From Auanema rhodensis (taxonomy: Eukaryota > Animalia > Nematoda): 64,000 bases of DNA. Below, in pieces: positions 1 to 12,702 of the stretch. Positions within the stretch are counted from its first letter, which is position 1. Each line of letters starts with the position of its first letter. The notes under the pieces are model-generated. The model did no database searches. It was not told where the DNA came from and saw nothing but the letters and a program-made list of their open reading frames with translations. The position numbers were made by a program, and so were the translations under genes. The DNA lies in the NCBI GenBank assembly GCA_964057225.1, contig OZ059896.1, forward strand, positions 14,818,001-14,882,000, read 5' to 3'.

Positions 1-150
1 GTCAAAACGTGATTGGAGATTGTTGTCAGGTTCAAACATTAAATGTTAATTTCAACAAAATAAGCTTCAAAAGTAAATAAAAAACTCTGACAACCATGAG
101 ATTTTAATAGGAAATATGCTTATATTTAAACATCAATTAGACAGCAATTC

Positions 151-2393
151 TCAAGTTGACAGTTCAATCAGACAACTATTCTTTTTTCTCTTCAACTGTC
201 TCGTTGTTCTGTTCGGTAGTCGATTCGTTAGGAAGGAGATTAACCATCTCAGTTCCTTGAGTTTCACTGAGATAATAGGTTACCAAATTGTTCTCATTGC
301 TTTTCAAGATGCTTACCTCTTCTCAATTTCTTTTTTCTTTCCAGCCTTCTCCAAACTGCAGTTCTTGGTTTCTTCCAGCCATAAGAAAGCAACAGCAATA
401 TTGAAGAGCCCGAGACTCATAGAGATCATATGAACTCCAGGTTCGTAATAAGTTTTTAATCCACTCTGAATTAATCGGAAACTAATGTAAAATCTAAGTT
501 CACGACTCACAATCATTGAAGCACCGATATTGGCAATACGTCCTACAATAGAGCAAGACGCAGTGGACGTGGCCCGAACATCAGTAGGCATCAATTCGGA
601 GGCACAGAGGTAACATGGTTCCCAGACAATTGAAGTGAAAATGAACCCTCCGAGATAAACCATTGTGTAATACCATTCTCCCTGAAAAAAGACATTGATT
701 TCAATGAATATCTAAGTAGTATCACCTTCTCTTCCATGTACAGGAACATAACAACGAAAGCAAAGAAAATAACAGCCAAAAGTTGAGAGCACAAGAGAAC
801 AAACCGACGTCCCATCCAAGGTAAAAAGCCGTCAGCCAATCCCATAACCTGTGAATAAGTTAATATGCCGGGAGAAATAACATATAAAACGAACAATACG
901 AACGACAGAAAGCAAAATTCCTGAAAGGAACTGTCCAACCCAGAAATTCTTAGTCATATCTCCTCCGCACAAATCTGTCAGATATGCAGTCATTCCCGTA
1001 ACAAACCACCTGTATATATTTTACTTTAAAAACTTAATAAAGAAGTAACACACATCACCCAAAGGACAAGTAAGTTACGACGAAGTGTGGTATCACGGAA
1101 CACACTAAGGATGTTGACAGCTTTCTCAGGAGCAACCAAATCCGAAGATGGAGGTGGCTCCACTAAAAAAATTGATGAGAATGTAACAAGAGAACTACAA
1201 CTTACTTGGTTCAAACGGAATACCGGCTAGTGCTGCTAAACACTTTCTACTTTCTTCAGATTCTTCGAAACGACCCTAAACACATAGAATTAATAAAATA
1301 CTATGTTCATCCAGTTGGAGAAACCTTCTTACGCAGCCATATATGACTCTCAGGTAAGATAAAGAGGACGATTGCCAAAGTAATTAAAGAAAGAGCAGCA
1401 GAAATATAAGAAGACATTCTCCATTCCCCGGTGAAAAGGCATACTAAGGTGAGCATCGTGCGAGCATTAGCCTGTAATATAAAAACTGAGCACCGACCAA
1501 TACCCAATTATTGTACCCAATTACTGAACGTTCTCAATTTGAACCTTTGATGAGGAGAAACTAATTCAGAATAATAAGCCCAACCGACCACCATAGTTCC
1601 TGTAAAATAGAGTAAATTCCTGTCACTCATCAGATTCGGATATTACCAGCAATAGCAATTCCAGTGACAGCCCTCAAGAAATAGAACATAGCTATGCTAT
1701 TAAAGTATGCTAAAAGCAACAGTAGAAGCCAATTCTATTATTATATGTATCTTACCCGAGAAGAACAGTGCAGGAATACCAATCACCATAGATATTATAA
1801 AGGTCTTTCTTCTTCCGATTTGATCGGCCACCCATCCCAAAATAATATTTCCAATCAAAACACCAACATACTGAGCGAATGCAGGACGAAAACTATATAT
1901 GAAATGAATATTAAAAACGAAAATTCACTAATATTATACTCTTTCCAGCCATCTTTACAGTATATTCCAAACTCCATAGCTGCAGATTGGTAATAAGCAT
2001 GAGAATATTTCGATACACATTCAGCCTGAAGTATCAGAATTTCTCAATACACCTATAGTTCAAGAGCTGTCCAACCTTATCAACAGGAGATGTAGCATTA
2101 AAACATAAATCTGGGCAATCTGGACAATCCAAACACTTACTTTTTGGTACATAATAGCATCGTTCTCCTGAAAATAGTTTTAAAAAGATCGGATCAATTT
2201 AGAAGAAGCAAATTACCAACGCATGTTGTCTTAGGAGTATAGTTAAGGAAAATAGGAAATATTTGTTGGATGCTGAAGAAATGGGTCATTTGATAAGTTA
2301 ATAATATTAAAATATCGACCCGGTAAAACCCTATAAAGCAAACATTTATAAAAGTAACTATAACCATATCATACCGGCCGGTAGAAGCTGCAT
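151..2393 (-). CDS. MFS/SLC22 (organic cation transporter-like) membrane transporter, multi-exon
   Basis: Spliced N-terminus MQLLPAGFYRVDILILLTYQMTHFFSIQQIFPIFLNYTP. MFS/SLC22 motifs LPESHIWL, MGRRFVL and ASELMPTDVRATS...VGRI...LEETK. Last exon ends ...SCLIELST-TGA at 151-153. Confidence 0.85.
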
Positions 2394-3895
2394 GTTATAT
2401 TAGTTCAAGTTTTCTTTTTGATGTTAGTTCTGGAATTATAAAAATAACTTCAAAAATTCATTAAATATGAGTTTTGAAAAAAAGAAAACTATTGTGAGAA
2501 AGGAAATGCAGTTTCAGGATTAAAAAAGAGCAGCAATCAATAAATAAATAAGCTCATTGAGCTTAAAACGCTAGGTTTAATGAAAAATAACTCGAAGATA
2601 AATCAGATTATTAACATTGCCCTAGAATTTTAGCTAAAGTGTTACAGATACACTATATAAACAGGTGTGAAATAATAGACGCACACATGTAGACAAAATA
2701 TGTTCAAAAAATGTTTTTAGCTTCAGCAGTTAATTGGAAAAATCTTTTAAGCAGACCTAATATTATATGTAAAACAAATTGATTAGCTCAATAAATGTAA
2801 TTTGTACGACAATGGAAATAAAAGGAATAATAATAATAATTGAGAACTAATGTCCTAGGGTATATTATATTAAAATGAATGACAGCTCACACTTGTGGAC
2901 AAATACAAAAAAAATATGAACATATTTTGCAGGCATAGATTAGGTCTTTTTCACACAATATATGACTGTTATCTTAGTTAAAATATGCAAAACGGTGATG
3001 AAATTCAAAAAAAGTTATATTGAGGACCAAAGAACCAAAACGGAAAAGTTCCAATCAAAATGAATAAAAACCTAGGTTTCCTTTTATTATGATGCACAGA
3101 GGGATATAAAATGCTGTGGTATAAGAGTGTGTGTATGCATGTAGGACAGCTGAGACATAGAAGCAGACAGAGCAGCAGGTGGCAAAAACGACAGAAGATG
3201 CAGAGGAGGATGAAGAAAGGATGCCTACTCTCCTTTGGACGACGATCAAGTAGGCTGCTGACATTTGTCCTTTTAGTTTTCCATTTTTTCTTATTACAAC
3301 TTTCAATAGTTGACCTAAGCAAATAGATGAGTAAAAATCTTTTTTTTCAATCTGAAAGTTCAAATACTGTCGAAAAAATAAAGTTCCCTGAGCTGTGGGT
3401 AATAAGCAAACAATGGTGTCATGCCTTTTGACAATCTATTCATCTTTTTTCGTGTCAGAATTGGATTTGTGCTTTAAGGACAATGTTTAACGGCATAAAA
3501 CACAATAAATTGCGAGTTATAATTGAAACTTAAAGATGCGTATATGAACTCTTTAGATGGCACTGAGGTCATTTGTTACCCTTCCTCGAAAACGTGTACT
3601 TGTAACTTAGCAGCTGTTAAATTAAAGGTTGTTTTATGCACGACTCTTGAACAAAATACAAAAACTAGTTCATTCATTTATTGTAAAGCATATCAAGCTC
3701 TAGTCCAAGCTGGTACTGGTAGCTACATATGAATAGGCAAAAGAGATAAGACATAAAAATAATTCGAGTTCTAAAATAATATGGTAACCATACATAATCT
3801 TCTGCTAATGAAAAAATGATCATATTTCAATGAAACCCGTGATCTTCTTTAGTTCAGAACCCATACATTCAGAGACCAAATGTTAGCAATATCAG

Positions 3896-6102
3896 TTATT
3901 TTTCTGATTTCTCTATCTGAAAAAATTCCTCTGATGGTGAAAAGATTATAATAAAATACCTCATCATATCTCTTCCTCGTGACATCTAGTATAGCATCCT
4001 TTCTAGTTCCTAAAGGCTTTGCTGGATCCGCATTATCTGATCCGAGACCAGCACGATTAGCTTTCACGTTATTGATAATCTTTAAAAAAACTATGAAAAA
4101 TATTAAAAAAAAAAACTTACAGGTTCAACGCGTCCTGTATTTGCTTTACCCAACCCTTCGCCTTCTTTCCAACCCATACTTTTAAGCAACTTGAAACCTT
4201 TATTTTCCGAAGTAACGGAAGCGGCTTGAACACCTTGTTTTGGTAATGGTACAGATCCTGAAACGTTTATAATTTTTAAATTAAAGTGTATTTCTGAACG
4301 TACCAGGTGTAGGTTTAGCAGAACAATTCGCATATATATTATTGGGATCGCTAACCGTGGGTTTGTTCATTCTCTTTATATCAATTTCGGATCCTACTTC
4401 CTTTCTTCGTTTAGCAGCTCTATCAACCCCTCCGTGTTTGACATACGAATCGGACTATAACAGGAAATAAACAATAAAATATTGTCTAATCTTAAAGCTT
4501 ACTCGATCATCAACTCCAAACGCAGCTCTTAGCATTTTAAGATTCCTTCTCCGAGCTGTTTCACCTCGAACAACTTTTTGTACAGGTGGCTCCAAAGATT
4601 TCAAAAGTCCAGGCTCACACCCATTACAAGTATTGTTACCTTCAAACCATTAAACATGAAGCCTGAATTAAACAACAAGCTAACCATAATGAACATGAAT
4701 ATACAGACGAGATTTTCCAACTCTCAAGAAATCACCATGTACAATTTCTCGATCATCTTCCATCTGAATATTGAAAGATGTCATAAAACTAGAATAAAAG
4801 AACACTTACTTCAAGATAGAAATCATTCAAAGTTACAGTAGTTTTATCAGTAATTTTTTTAACGATATAAGAATTACTTTCTTGAACAAATGAAAACTCC
4901 AAAACTCGCTAGAAATACATTATTAGGAAAGGAAACAGAATATATTACATACGGCAGGTAAGCTAAAATCATTCAATTCGACATCTATGTCTTCAGCAGT
5001 ACCTGCTTGACCGCCAGTAACAGTAATCACAGCTAATTTATTTGTTTCATCAATAATCCGAAGGCAAGGTGGATGAGAGAAACCTTCTTCTGGAAATTGA
5101 GATGAATAGCACATAAGCAACAATACATTCACATGAGTATTACGTATGGTTTATTTCGGATGTTCAACTCACAAAAACGGTTGCCCTTTTTTTAATTTAT
5201 TCAAATTAGATAATTATATTTAAAATCGTGTTTGCAAGAATTATTTGAAATAAAGACCAACCTTGCTTCAAGCGTTCTTTATGCTCTGCAATACTTCCAT
5301 CCCAACCTATGGTCCAATATTCATCAGATGAATTACTTCCGCAAGGTGAGGCAGCTTAATAATAATATTTAATTTAAAACTAGATAAAAGTGACAAATAC
5401 CGTTGTCAACTTCCTGATAAATAACCAAATTGGGATCTTCAGTTTGAATATATTCTCGTCCCTTTGGTTTTTCCTCTTTATTACGTTTCTACAGAGTATT
5501 TATGAATTTTGTTTTAAAAAATGAATGTTGTTCACCCTTCTACTTGTCTTAGGTTCCAACCCAGGCATATCCAAATTGAAATACTGAGGACCGCCAGATA
5601 TTGAATCAACCATTCCAAAAACAACTTCAACTACTTCTACTGTATCTTGGCTAATTTTGCAGAAATTCTCCCCAAAAAAATCCTCTGCCCAATTTTCATA
5701 TTTCTTTGTTCTCCATTTTACTGAAACTTATATACGTGATAAATTTATAAACATTTGGCCCACATTTTTGAGCACATCTATAGATTTCATATTCTCTGGT
5801 ATCATCATTAAAAACATAGTAAGTTTGGTTATCAGGAGAATAGAAAAGCCCAGTATTCTAAAAGCAAGCTTTTACTATATTTTACTCTTTCGAACAAACC
5901 GGATCATAAAAAAAGTTTGAATCACGGGAGTAATATTGACCATACTCTTCAATCCAAGCAAATCCGTCCGGTACTCTAGAATGATAAACTTCGGCTGCTG
6001 CTTGCCGAACCATATCGGCTATACTCATCTTAAAATAAACTTGTTAAAAAAAAGTATAATAGTAACATCTACCTCGCCAGATTCCGAAACGAAACCGCTC
6101 AT
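3896..6102 (-). CDS. AGGF1-like protein (OCRE-like region, FHA domain, C-terminal G-patch)
   Basis: G-patch ENKGFKLLKSMGWKEGEGLGKANTGRVEP. HPPCLRII before an FHA-like region. Aromatic-rich N-terminal exons. ATG at 6102 follows a TTCTCCTAG acceptor; ends ...RYDEIEKSEK*. Confidence 0.8.
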
Positions 6103-7214
6103 GGTTCCTAGGAGAAAATCTATTACGGCAAACCAAAAAAAGTTACAATTGATAGATATTTATTGGAAATAAAAAAACACTGTTCACAAAGGATCAAACA
6201 GCATTTCAGAAAAACGAAACTAGCTACGTTATAAATTTCAATGAAAGCAAGACATGCTTGAAGATTTTCAATATTTCTTCGTACAGCTTCAAATGAATGC
6301 TTCAAATAATAAACACCAGATTCAGAATCAAATTTTCATATTCAATTTAACTTTTGCGCAATATTTTCGCATTAGAGCGCATTATAACAAGGTGTTTTTT
6401 TTTTTTTGCTGACTAACCTTACAATCATGTCCTAACTAATTTCTTTTCGTATGCACTTGTTGAACATTATTACAAATATCCCTAAATATGTTTTACGGTC
6501 ATTCGAACTGTATAATGTAATTCCAGCCCGGTTTTATTCTCTCGGTTTGCTGATGATTTCTCTTTTCCCATGATATTGTTTGCTATGTGCATGTTAGGCC
6601 AGTGCGTTTATTTCGCTGATAAGAAGAAATTCATATTTATTGCGAACTTACCTATATGTGATTCTTATATTACGTTCAAGCGATTCCTACTTATTTTCTA
6701 ATTGAAATGACAGGTGTTGTTTATCCAGTCATTTATCTTTGCCTGGTGAAGCCTGAACACAAAGTGACCAGCCACCCGTCCCAATATGATCATGTTTGTA
6801 GTACTTTTTCGCTTAAAAAAACATGCATTCTCCTGTGTATCTATAGTTTTTATTGTTATAAGGTTGTATATGTTTATATAACTACAGCATGTATCAGTTG
6901 ACATTTATTTCTTCCTAATTAATTTTATTATTATTATTATTTTCATTGATTCCTGCTGTATATTAGAGACATTTCTGAACATCAGAGAAAGAAAAATCAC
7001 GCGCTACAATTTTGATCTCAAACCATTTCCCTTTTCTTCTGAATTTCGATATCAGACCTTTGTTCATGTTAGAATATAATTGTTGTTTTCCCTATTTTCA
7101 TTACATTAAAATGATATCTAAAATGGGTAACCGCTGTCTAATGATTTTGGTATTGTCTCACTCTCGTACCTTTTTTTATCATGTCTCTTATCAATCACTT
7201 TCAGCAATTTCAGA

Positions 7215-9162
7215 ATGGCAGAGGAGGATATTGCTGTTACAAAGTTCAGGGAATACATTCGTATTAATACAGAACATCCTAATCCGGATTATGGTATGCA
7301 TTAGGTTGCTTCTTCAGAATTTACTTCACTATTTTCAGAGAGCTGTAAAGAATTTCTCCTAAAGCTTGCATCTGAGCTCAACATTCAAGCTCAAGCTGTT
7401 TACGTAACATTCATTCACATTTTTATATAAAAAATTATATTATTCATTTAGACCAGTCCTAAACATCCCTTCGTCATAATGACCATTCCTGGTACTCGTC
7501 CTGATCTTCCAACATTGATGCTATACTCTCACACTGATGTTGTACCGACTTTTAAAGTATTTCTAAATTTTCTATGAATCTTAATTTCTTTTCTAATTTG
7601 AAGGACTTCTGGACGTACGATCCATATTCAGCTCATAAAGATGAGCTGGGTAACATCTACGGTAGAGGTACACAAGACATGAAATGTGTTGGTTCACAAT
7701 ACTTCGAAGCTATTCGAAGACACTTTCTCAAAGGGAAAAAGCAATGGACAAGAACAATTCATATTGTTTGGGGTCCCGGTAATTTTCAAAGAAATAAAAA
7801 AAACTGAATAAGTTATCGTTAAGATGAGGAAATTGGGGGACCTATGGGAATGGATGCTTTCCGGAAAACTGAGGATTTCAAAAACATGAACATTGGATTC
7901 GTACTAGATGAAGGTTTAGCCACTGAAGACACGATATACAAAGTGTACTATGCTGAACGTTGTCCGTGGTGTATGTTCTAATCGCTTCTGTAAACAATGC
8001 TTTTTTGGATTTCAGGGGTTCGAGTATCTTGCTCAGGAAGTCCCGGACATGGTTCCAAGTTTATTGAGAATACTGCAGCTGAAAAACTTGTATGTTGTAT
8101 TATTTTTCTCTACATTATCCGGGTGGTAATAATTCTTGAGTATGGCTCTCTTTCAGCAATCTGTGATCAACAGTGCATTAGAATTCCGTGAGAAGCAGAA
8201 AAAACATATGATTGATAATGATCTAACATTGGGAGATGTCACAACTCTCAATTTAACTGTCATCAATGGGGGTGTACAGATAAATGTGTTACCAGAAAAA
8301 CTATCTTGCTGTAACATTTCTTCATTAAAACTTCAGAGGAATTGTTGTAATTAAGGTTTTGATGTCCGCGTTCCTCCGACAGTAGACTACGCTAAGTTTG
8401 AGGCTGAAATCGCTAATTGGTGTCGTTTGGCTGGACCAGATGTCACCTACGAATTTCTCCAGGTAAGAAAAGAGTTGCAACTAAAAAACGCTTCAATTTC
8501 TAATGATAAATGACTAAAGTGAAGCGAAAAGGTGATGTGTTGCTTTAAATAAGAGTTTTTTGAATGAGCTTTTGATTTTGCGTACCAACACTTACAGACA
8601 AGCAATCCAACTGATAAAACGACAGTAACCTTTGTAAGTTAGCATGAAGTGTTCTGTATCTGTAACTGTAATAGCACGATATGCATGACGTTCTTAAATT
8701 AACAATATTTTATTTTTGCACGATATTTTAATCAACTTTATGTTTTGTCAATAACGCTTTTAAAATTTAATTTTAGAAAAATGTAAATAAAAATGTCACC
8801 CCAACAAGTTTGGAGGATCCCTGGTTTGCTGCTTTCGATTCAGCTCTTAATCAGGAGTAAGTAAACAATTTGATTCTTTTCTTAAAGAAGCATCGTTTTT
8901 AGAAATTGCAAGTACTCCAAAGAAATATTCACTGGAGCTACGGACTCTAGATTTATTCGCGAGGTACGTTAGCTAACGCATACGTGCTGACTCTTATTAA
9001 CATTTTCTGCAGCTTGGCATTCGCTCTATTGGCTTTAGTCCCATGATTAATACACCTTCCCTTCTTCATGACCATAATGAATATTTGAACGAGGAAGTGT
9101 ATTTGCGCGGAGTTGCTATTTACGAAACTTTGATTGACAAATTGGCTGATGTACAACCTTAA
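7215..9162 (+). CDS. ACY1: Aminoacylase-1 (M20 peptidase family)
   Basis: MAEEDIAVTKFREYIRINTEHPNPDY, YSHTDVVP, GNIYGRGTQDMKC, DEEIGG, LDEG, GSPGHGS, GATDSRF and LLHDHNE are all ACY1 hallmark motifs. TTTCAG immediately precedes the ATG. Confidence 0.95.
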
Positions 9163-9219
9163 GTTAAATAATGTTCTATTTTCTTAAAACTGTGATAACA
9201 TAACTTCATATTATGGTAG

Positions 9220-9233
9220 AATAAAATTTTATT
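9220..9233. terminator. Palindromic bidirectional poly(A) signal shared by convergent ACY1 and praf-3
   Basis: AATAAAATTTTATT reads AATAAA on both strands and lies between the two stop codons (9162 and 9337). Confidence 0.55.
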
Positions 9234-9336
9234 AAAGCCACAGGGTTAGTACATGAGTATTACAGGCAGCAGGAAATTTTTTTTGCAATTTTGGAAAGAA
9301 ATTCGAATAAATTTCATCAACGAGAGAAATGCCCTT

Positions 9337-10380
9337 CTATATTCTCACATCCACTCCACAGAAGTCTAAAAATCTTCCCATAACAGTGGTTCTGATACCG
9401 AACCTATAATTAAAAGATTTTTTTACAACTACTTGAAGGCATTATCTTACTTCTCAGCAGTTTGTGTAATTTTGTTCATCGTAGAACGAAGACGGACAGA
9501 AGCATGGCAAAGAATGAGAAATATTGGGAACAAAACACTAAAATAATACGTTTTAATTAAATACTATGAATAGAAAAAATTACCAGAAGGTCACGTTAAG
9601 CACCGAACCCAAAAACCATCCAAAGATTTGAATGGTTACAACTACTATTCCAATTCCAACGTATTTATGATCTCTGCGGAGCTGTAAATCCGGAAGTGAT
9701 ATAATTTTATTGAATAAATAATTTTGTATAAGTTATTTCAAGCATTTCGTTTGCTCTCCCAACAAATTCATAATTCATTCGTATGTTCTTTTTCTTTCTC
9801 GTTTACATATTACGTCTGATCCTCGAAACATTTGAATTTAAAAGGGAAACTCCAAACAACAGTACATACAAATTAAATTAAGCTATTTCATCGAAACAGA
9901 TTGTAGCATAATTTAAAAAAAACTAGTTATTCAGGTACAAGAATCAAAAACAGAAATTATACAGTTTGAACAGTAAAATATACCTGAACGTAATAAGGTT
10001 CAGAACTCCACATTATGTTAGCAACAATTAAACAGAGGATTATAGTCAGAAGTCCAAGAACAGTATCCTGAAATAGAAATTCTAGCCATAGGAGAAAAAA
10101 ACGGATAACTACCTGAGCATAAAAAAAGTTTTCAAATATGAAGATTGCAAAAAAAGTGAGGAAATAATTAGTCTGATAGTATAGAAGATTGGCTATTATT
10201 CTATTTTGCCAATTAGAAAAATTGTTATGTGGTGGTGGCTGGAATGTTAAAGCTTATCAGAATCATTCTCGCAACCTCTGTTACCTCATATCGTGCTTTT
10301 CCCATCAGAAAATCACTGAGAGATCGAAATGGGGGTAACTCAACTCCCCCCGCTAGTTTATATTTTGGTTCAGTAGCCAT
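9337..10380 (-). CDS. praf-3: PRA1-family protein 3 (ARL6IP5/JWA-like)
   Basis: MATEPKYKLAGGVELPPFRSLSDFLMGKARYE, NRIIANLLYYQTNYF, ILCHASVRLRS; ends RTTVMGRFLDFCGVDVRI*. Not in the ORF track because the exons are short. Confidence 0.88.
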
Positions 10381-10853
10381 CTAAAAATGTTCATGAAAAA
10401 TGAAAAAGAATAAGAAATGATAGGAATAATAACAAGCAGTAATGAATGCTAGCGAGACATTTCATAACTAATTATCTCCATTTACTCCTTAACTGAGATA
10501 ACCGCAGTAATCATTAATATTGATTATTTGGGTAGTTTTAACCATCAAAATATGTTTATTATTTTCACCATATGGTTTATTGTCTTAGAGTTTGAATTTT
10601 CGATTGTTAAAGGTTCTGCTGAAAATTCGTTTCATGGCGAAAAATCTCGTCTACAGTAGGAATATTTGCACAGAGGTTCCCAAATTTCAAATGTCGCGTG
10701 AATCGCGCGGTTGCGTTATTCTATTTTCAGTCTCCTGCTAGCTCGGTGCTTGGTGATTTTTCGGTTTATGGTTCTAATATAACTCTTCAATTCTTGTTCT
10801 TGCTAAATATATATACTATCATAGCTATATCTTTGGTTTAAAGGTTAATTAAA
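10381..10853. promoter_or_regulatory. Bidirectional promoter region, praf-3 / nap-1
   Basis: Head-to-head ATGs 474 nt apart. CG-rich near-palindrome CGCGTGAATCGCG at 10695-10707 and CTACAGTA at ~10651. Confidence 0.6.
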
Positions 10854-12428
10854 ATGGCTGATAAGTCTCAAGGTCTTGTCGAACTTCTCAAGGATGGAGG
10901 ATATTCTATTCCAGGAGACCAGCTCGCTAAGCTTTCTGAGAAAGTTAAGAGAAGGGTCTGTGCTTTGAAGGGATGTCAACTCAAGGGTATTGAAGTAATT
11001 TTACTTGTAATAGTCCATAATTTAAAAAAAATTGTGTCAGATCGAAGCCAAATTCTACGAGAGAGTCCATCAACTCGAGAAGGAATTTGAGGCCGAGTTC
11101 AACAAGGTCTACGACGAGGTGTGTATTTACAATTTATACTGTTTATTATTGATTGTGCTTTTATTTATTATTGTTGGTGTTTTTGAACAACAATTTTCCA
11201 AAAGGCACTATAGTAGTGTTCGGAATGCAACCTGTGCTATGCACTTTTGCCAGCGCTGTACTTTTTTCTGACTATATATCTTACAGAGAAGAAAAATTGT
11301 CACTGGCGAATATGAGCCAACAGATGAGGAATGCAATTTCCCTATCATCCACGGAATTGAGGAGCAAGAGAAGCAGGCTAGATTAAAAAGTTTTAAATGT
11401 TTTGATGTTGTGGCTTTAGGCTTTGTATGAGAAGTCTGAGCCTGACAATGGATCAAAGGGAGTTCAAGGATTCTGGCTTCAAGTTCTCCGTAATGCCGAA
11501 GGACTTGATGAGATGATTCAAGATACTGATGAGCCAATTCTTGAGCATCTTATCGATGTTACTACTGAGGTTCACACTGACGTCCCTGTAAGATTTCATA
11601 ATTATTTCCGTGAAGAACACTTATTTTACAGGGATTCACCATCTACTTCTACTTCTCTAAGAATCCTTACTTCAAGAACACCGTTTTGAAGAAGAGATAC
11701 GAACTTCAGCTTACACCTGATGCCGAATGTCCATTCGATTTCGATGGACCAAGTGTCACCAAATCTACAGGGTATCATTTTGAAAACATGGATTTCTCTA
11801 GGTCAAATTTTTTTGTAGAGACGAAATTCTCTGGGAGGAAGGAAAAAACGTTACCAAGAAGGTAGTTAAGAAGAAGGCCAAGAAGGGAGCTAACGCTGGT
11901 CGCTTCCTTACTAAAACCGTCCGTAGTGTGACTATTTCTTCTCTATTTTAATGATTGCAGGTCAATACCGACTCCTTCTTCAACTTCTTCGACCCTCCAC
12001 AGCCAGAGCAGAAGAACGAGGATGATGACGAGGAGGATGCCGTAAGTCTACCAAAATTGTACCGCTTTAAATGAACATTACTACAGGAAAACTCTGAGCT
12101 TATTAGAGCCGACTTCGAGTTAGGACAAATTCTCAGAGATCACGTTATCCCAAGAGCTGTTCTTTTCTTCACCGGCGAGAACGATTTGGGAGATGACTTC
12201 GACTTCGGAGGCGTAAGTTTTTAAGCGTTTATATATCTTGCGTGCTCTCTTTATAATTATTGTTGTTTTAAAACTCTTAATTTTCCATAGGGCACTAAAT
12301 CATTGTCAAATTGCAACCGGCTATTTTCTAATTTCTTGAAAATGCTGTACTTTTTCTTGACTACATTGTTAAAATTTCAGGAAGACGGAGATTTCGATGA
12401 TGTTTCTGACGATGAAGGAGACGAATAA
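10854..12428 (+). CDS. nap-1: Nucleosome assembly protein 1
   Basis: VKRRVCALK...IEAKFYERVHQLE, KIVTGEYEP, GFWLQVL, DEPILEHLID, KNPYFKNTVL, DSFFNFF, DFELGQILRDHVIPRAVLFFTGE, acidic tail ending DDEGDE*. Confidence 0.96.
11153..11279 (+). ncRNA. Intronic box H/ACA snoRNA, copy 1 (nap-1 intron 11119-11286)
   Basis: Hairpin GTGCTTTT/AAAGGCAC, H box ATAGTA (11210-11215), second hairpin with pockets TGCAAC (11226) and TACTT (11259), terminal ATA variant box (11274-11276). Clear paralogue of 12240-12368. Confidence 0.7.
12240..12368 (+). ncRNA. Intronic box H/ACA snoRNA, copy 2 (nap-1 last intron 12213-12380)
   Basis: Hairpin GTGCTCT/AGGGCAC, H box AAATCA (12297-12302), hairpin GTCAA/TTGAC with pockets TGCAAC (12312) and TACTT (12348), ACA at 12363-12365 located 15 nt from the pocket. 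Confidence 0.8.
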
Positions 12429-12702
12429 ATGGTCATTCCCACGGTGTCAAGCAAACTTGAGACAATATCCTGTTACTTCCTGTTGTTATTCTTCCCGGTT
12501 GGCTTTGCGACGAGTATATCGAAACTTCTATCATGTTTTGATCGCAATTGTTATTGTTAGTATGTTGCACATAATAAACATATGCTTTTTATTTAAGAAA
12601 TTCAGTTTTTTTACCGTTATAAGAACATTACTATATCGCGTTCTATACTTAAAGGGATGACGTAGAAAATTGTGTTAGAAACATTAGAAGCTTTGTAGAA
12701 AA

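Noticed and set aside
3005-3363. Three overlapping ORFs in a GA-rich patch
   Set aside because: Low-complexity purine/pyrimidine strand bias, no recognisable domain or splice pattern; more likely regulatory DNA upstream of the transporter.
3385-3406. TCCCTGAG lin-4/mir-125 seed
   Set aside because: The remaining sequence does not match the family and no hairpin is evident.
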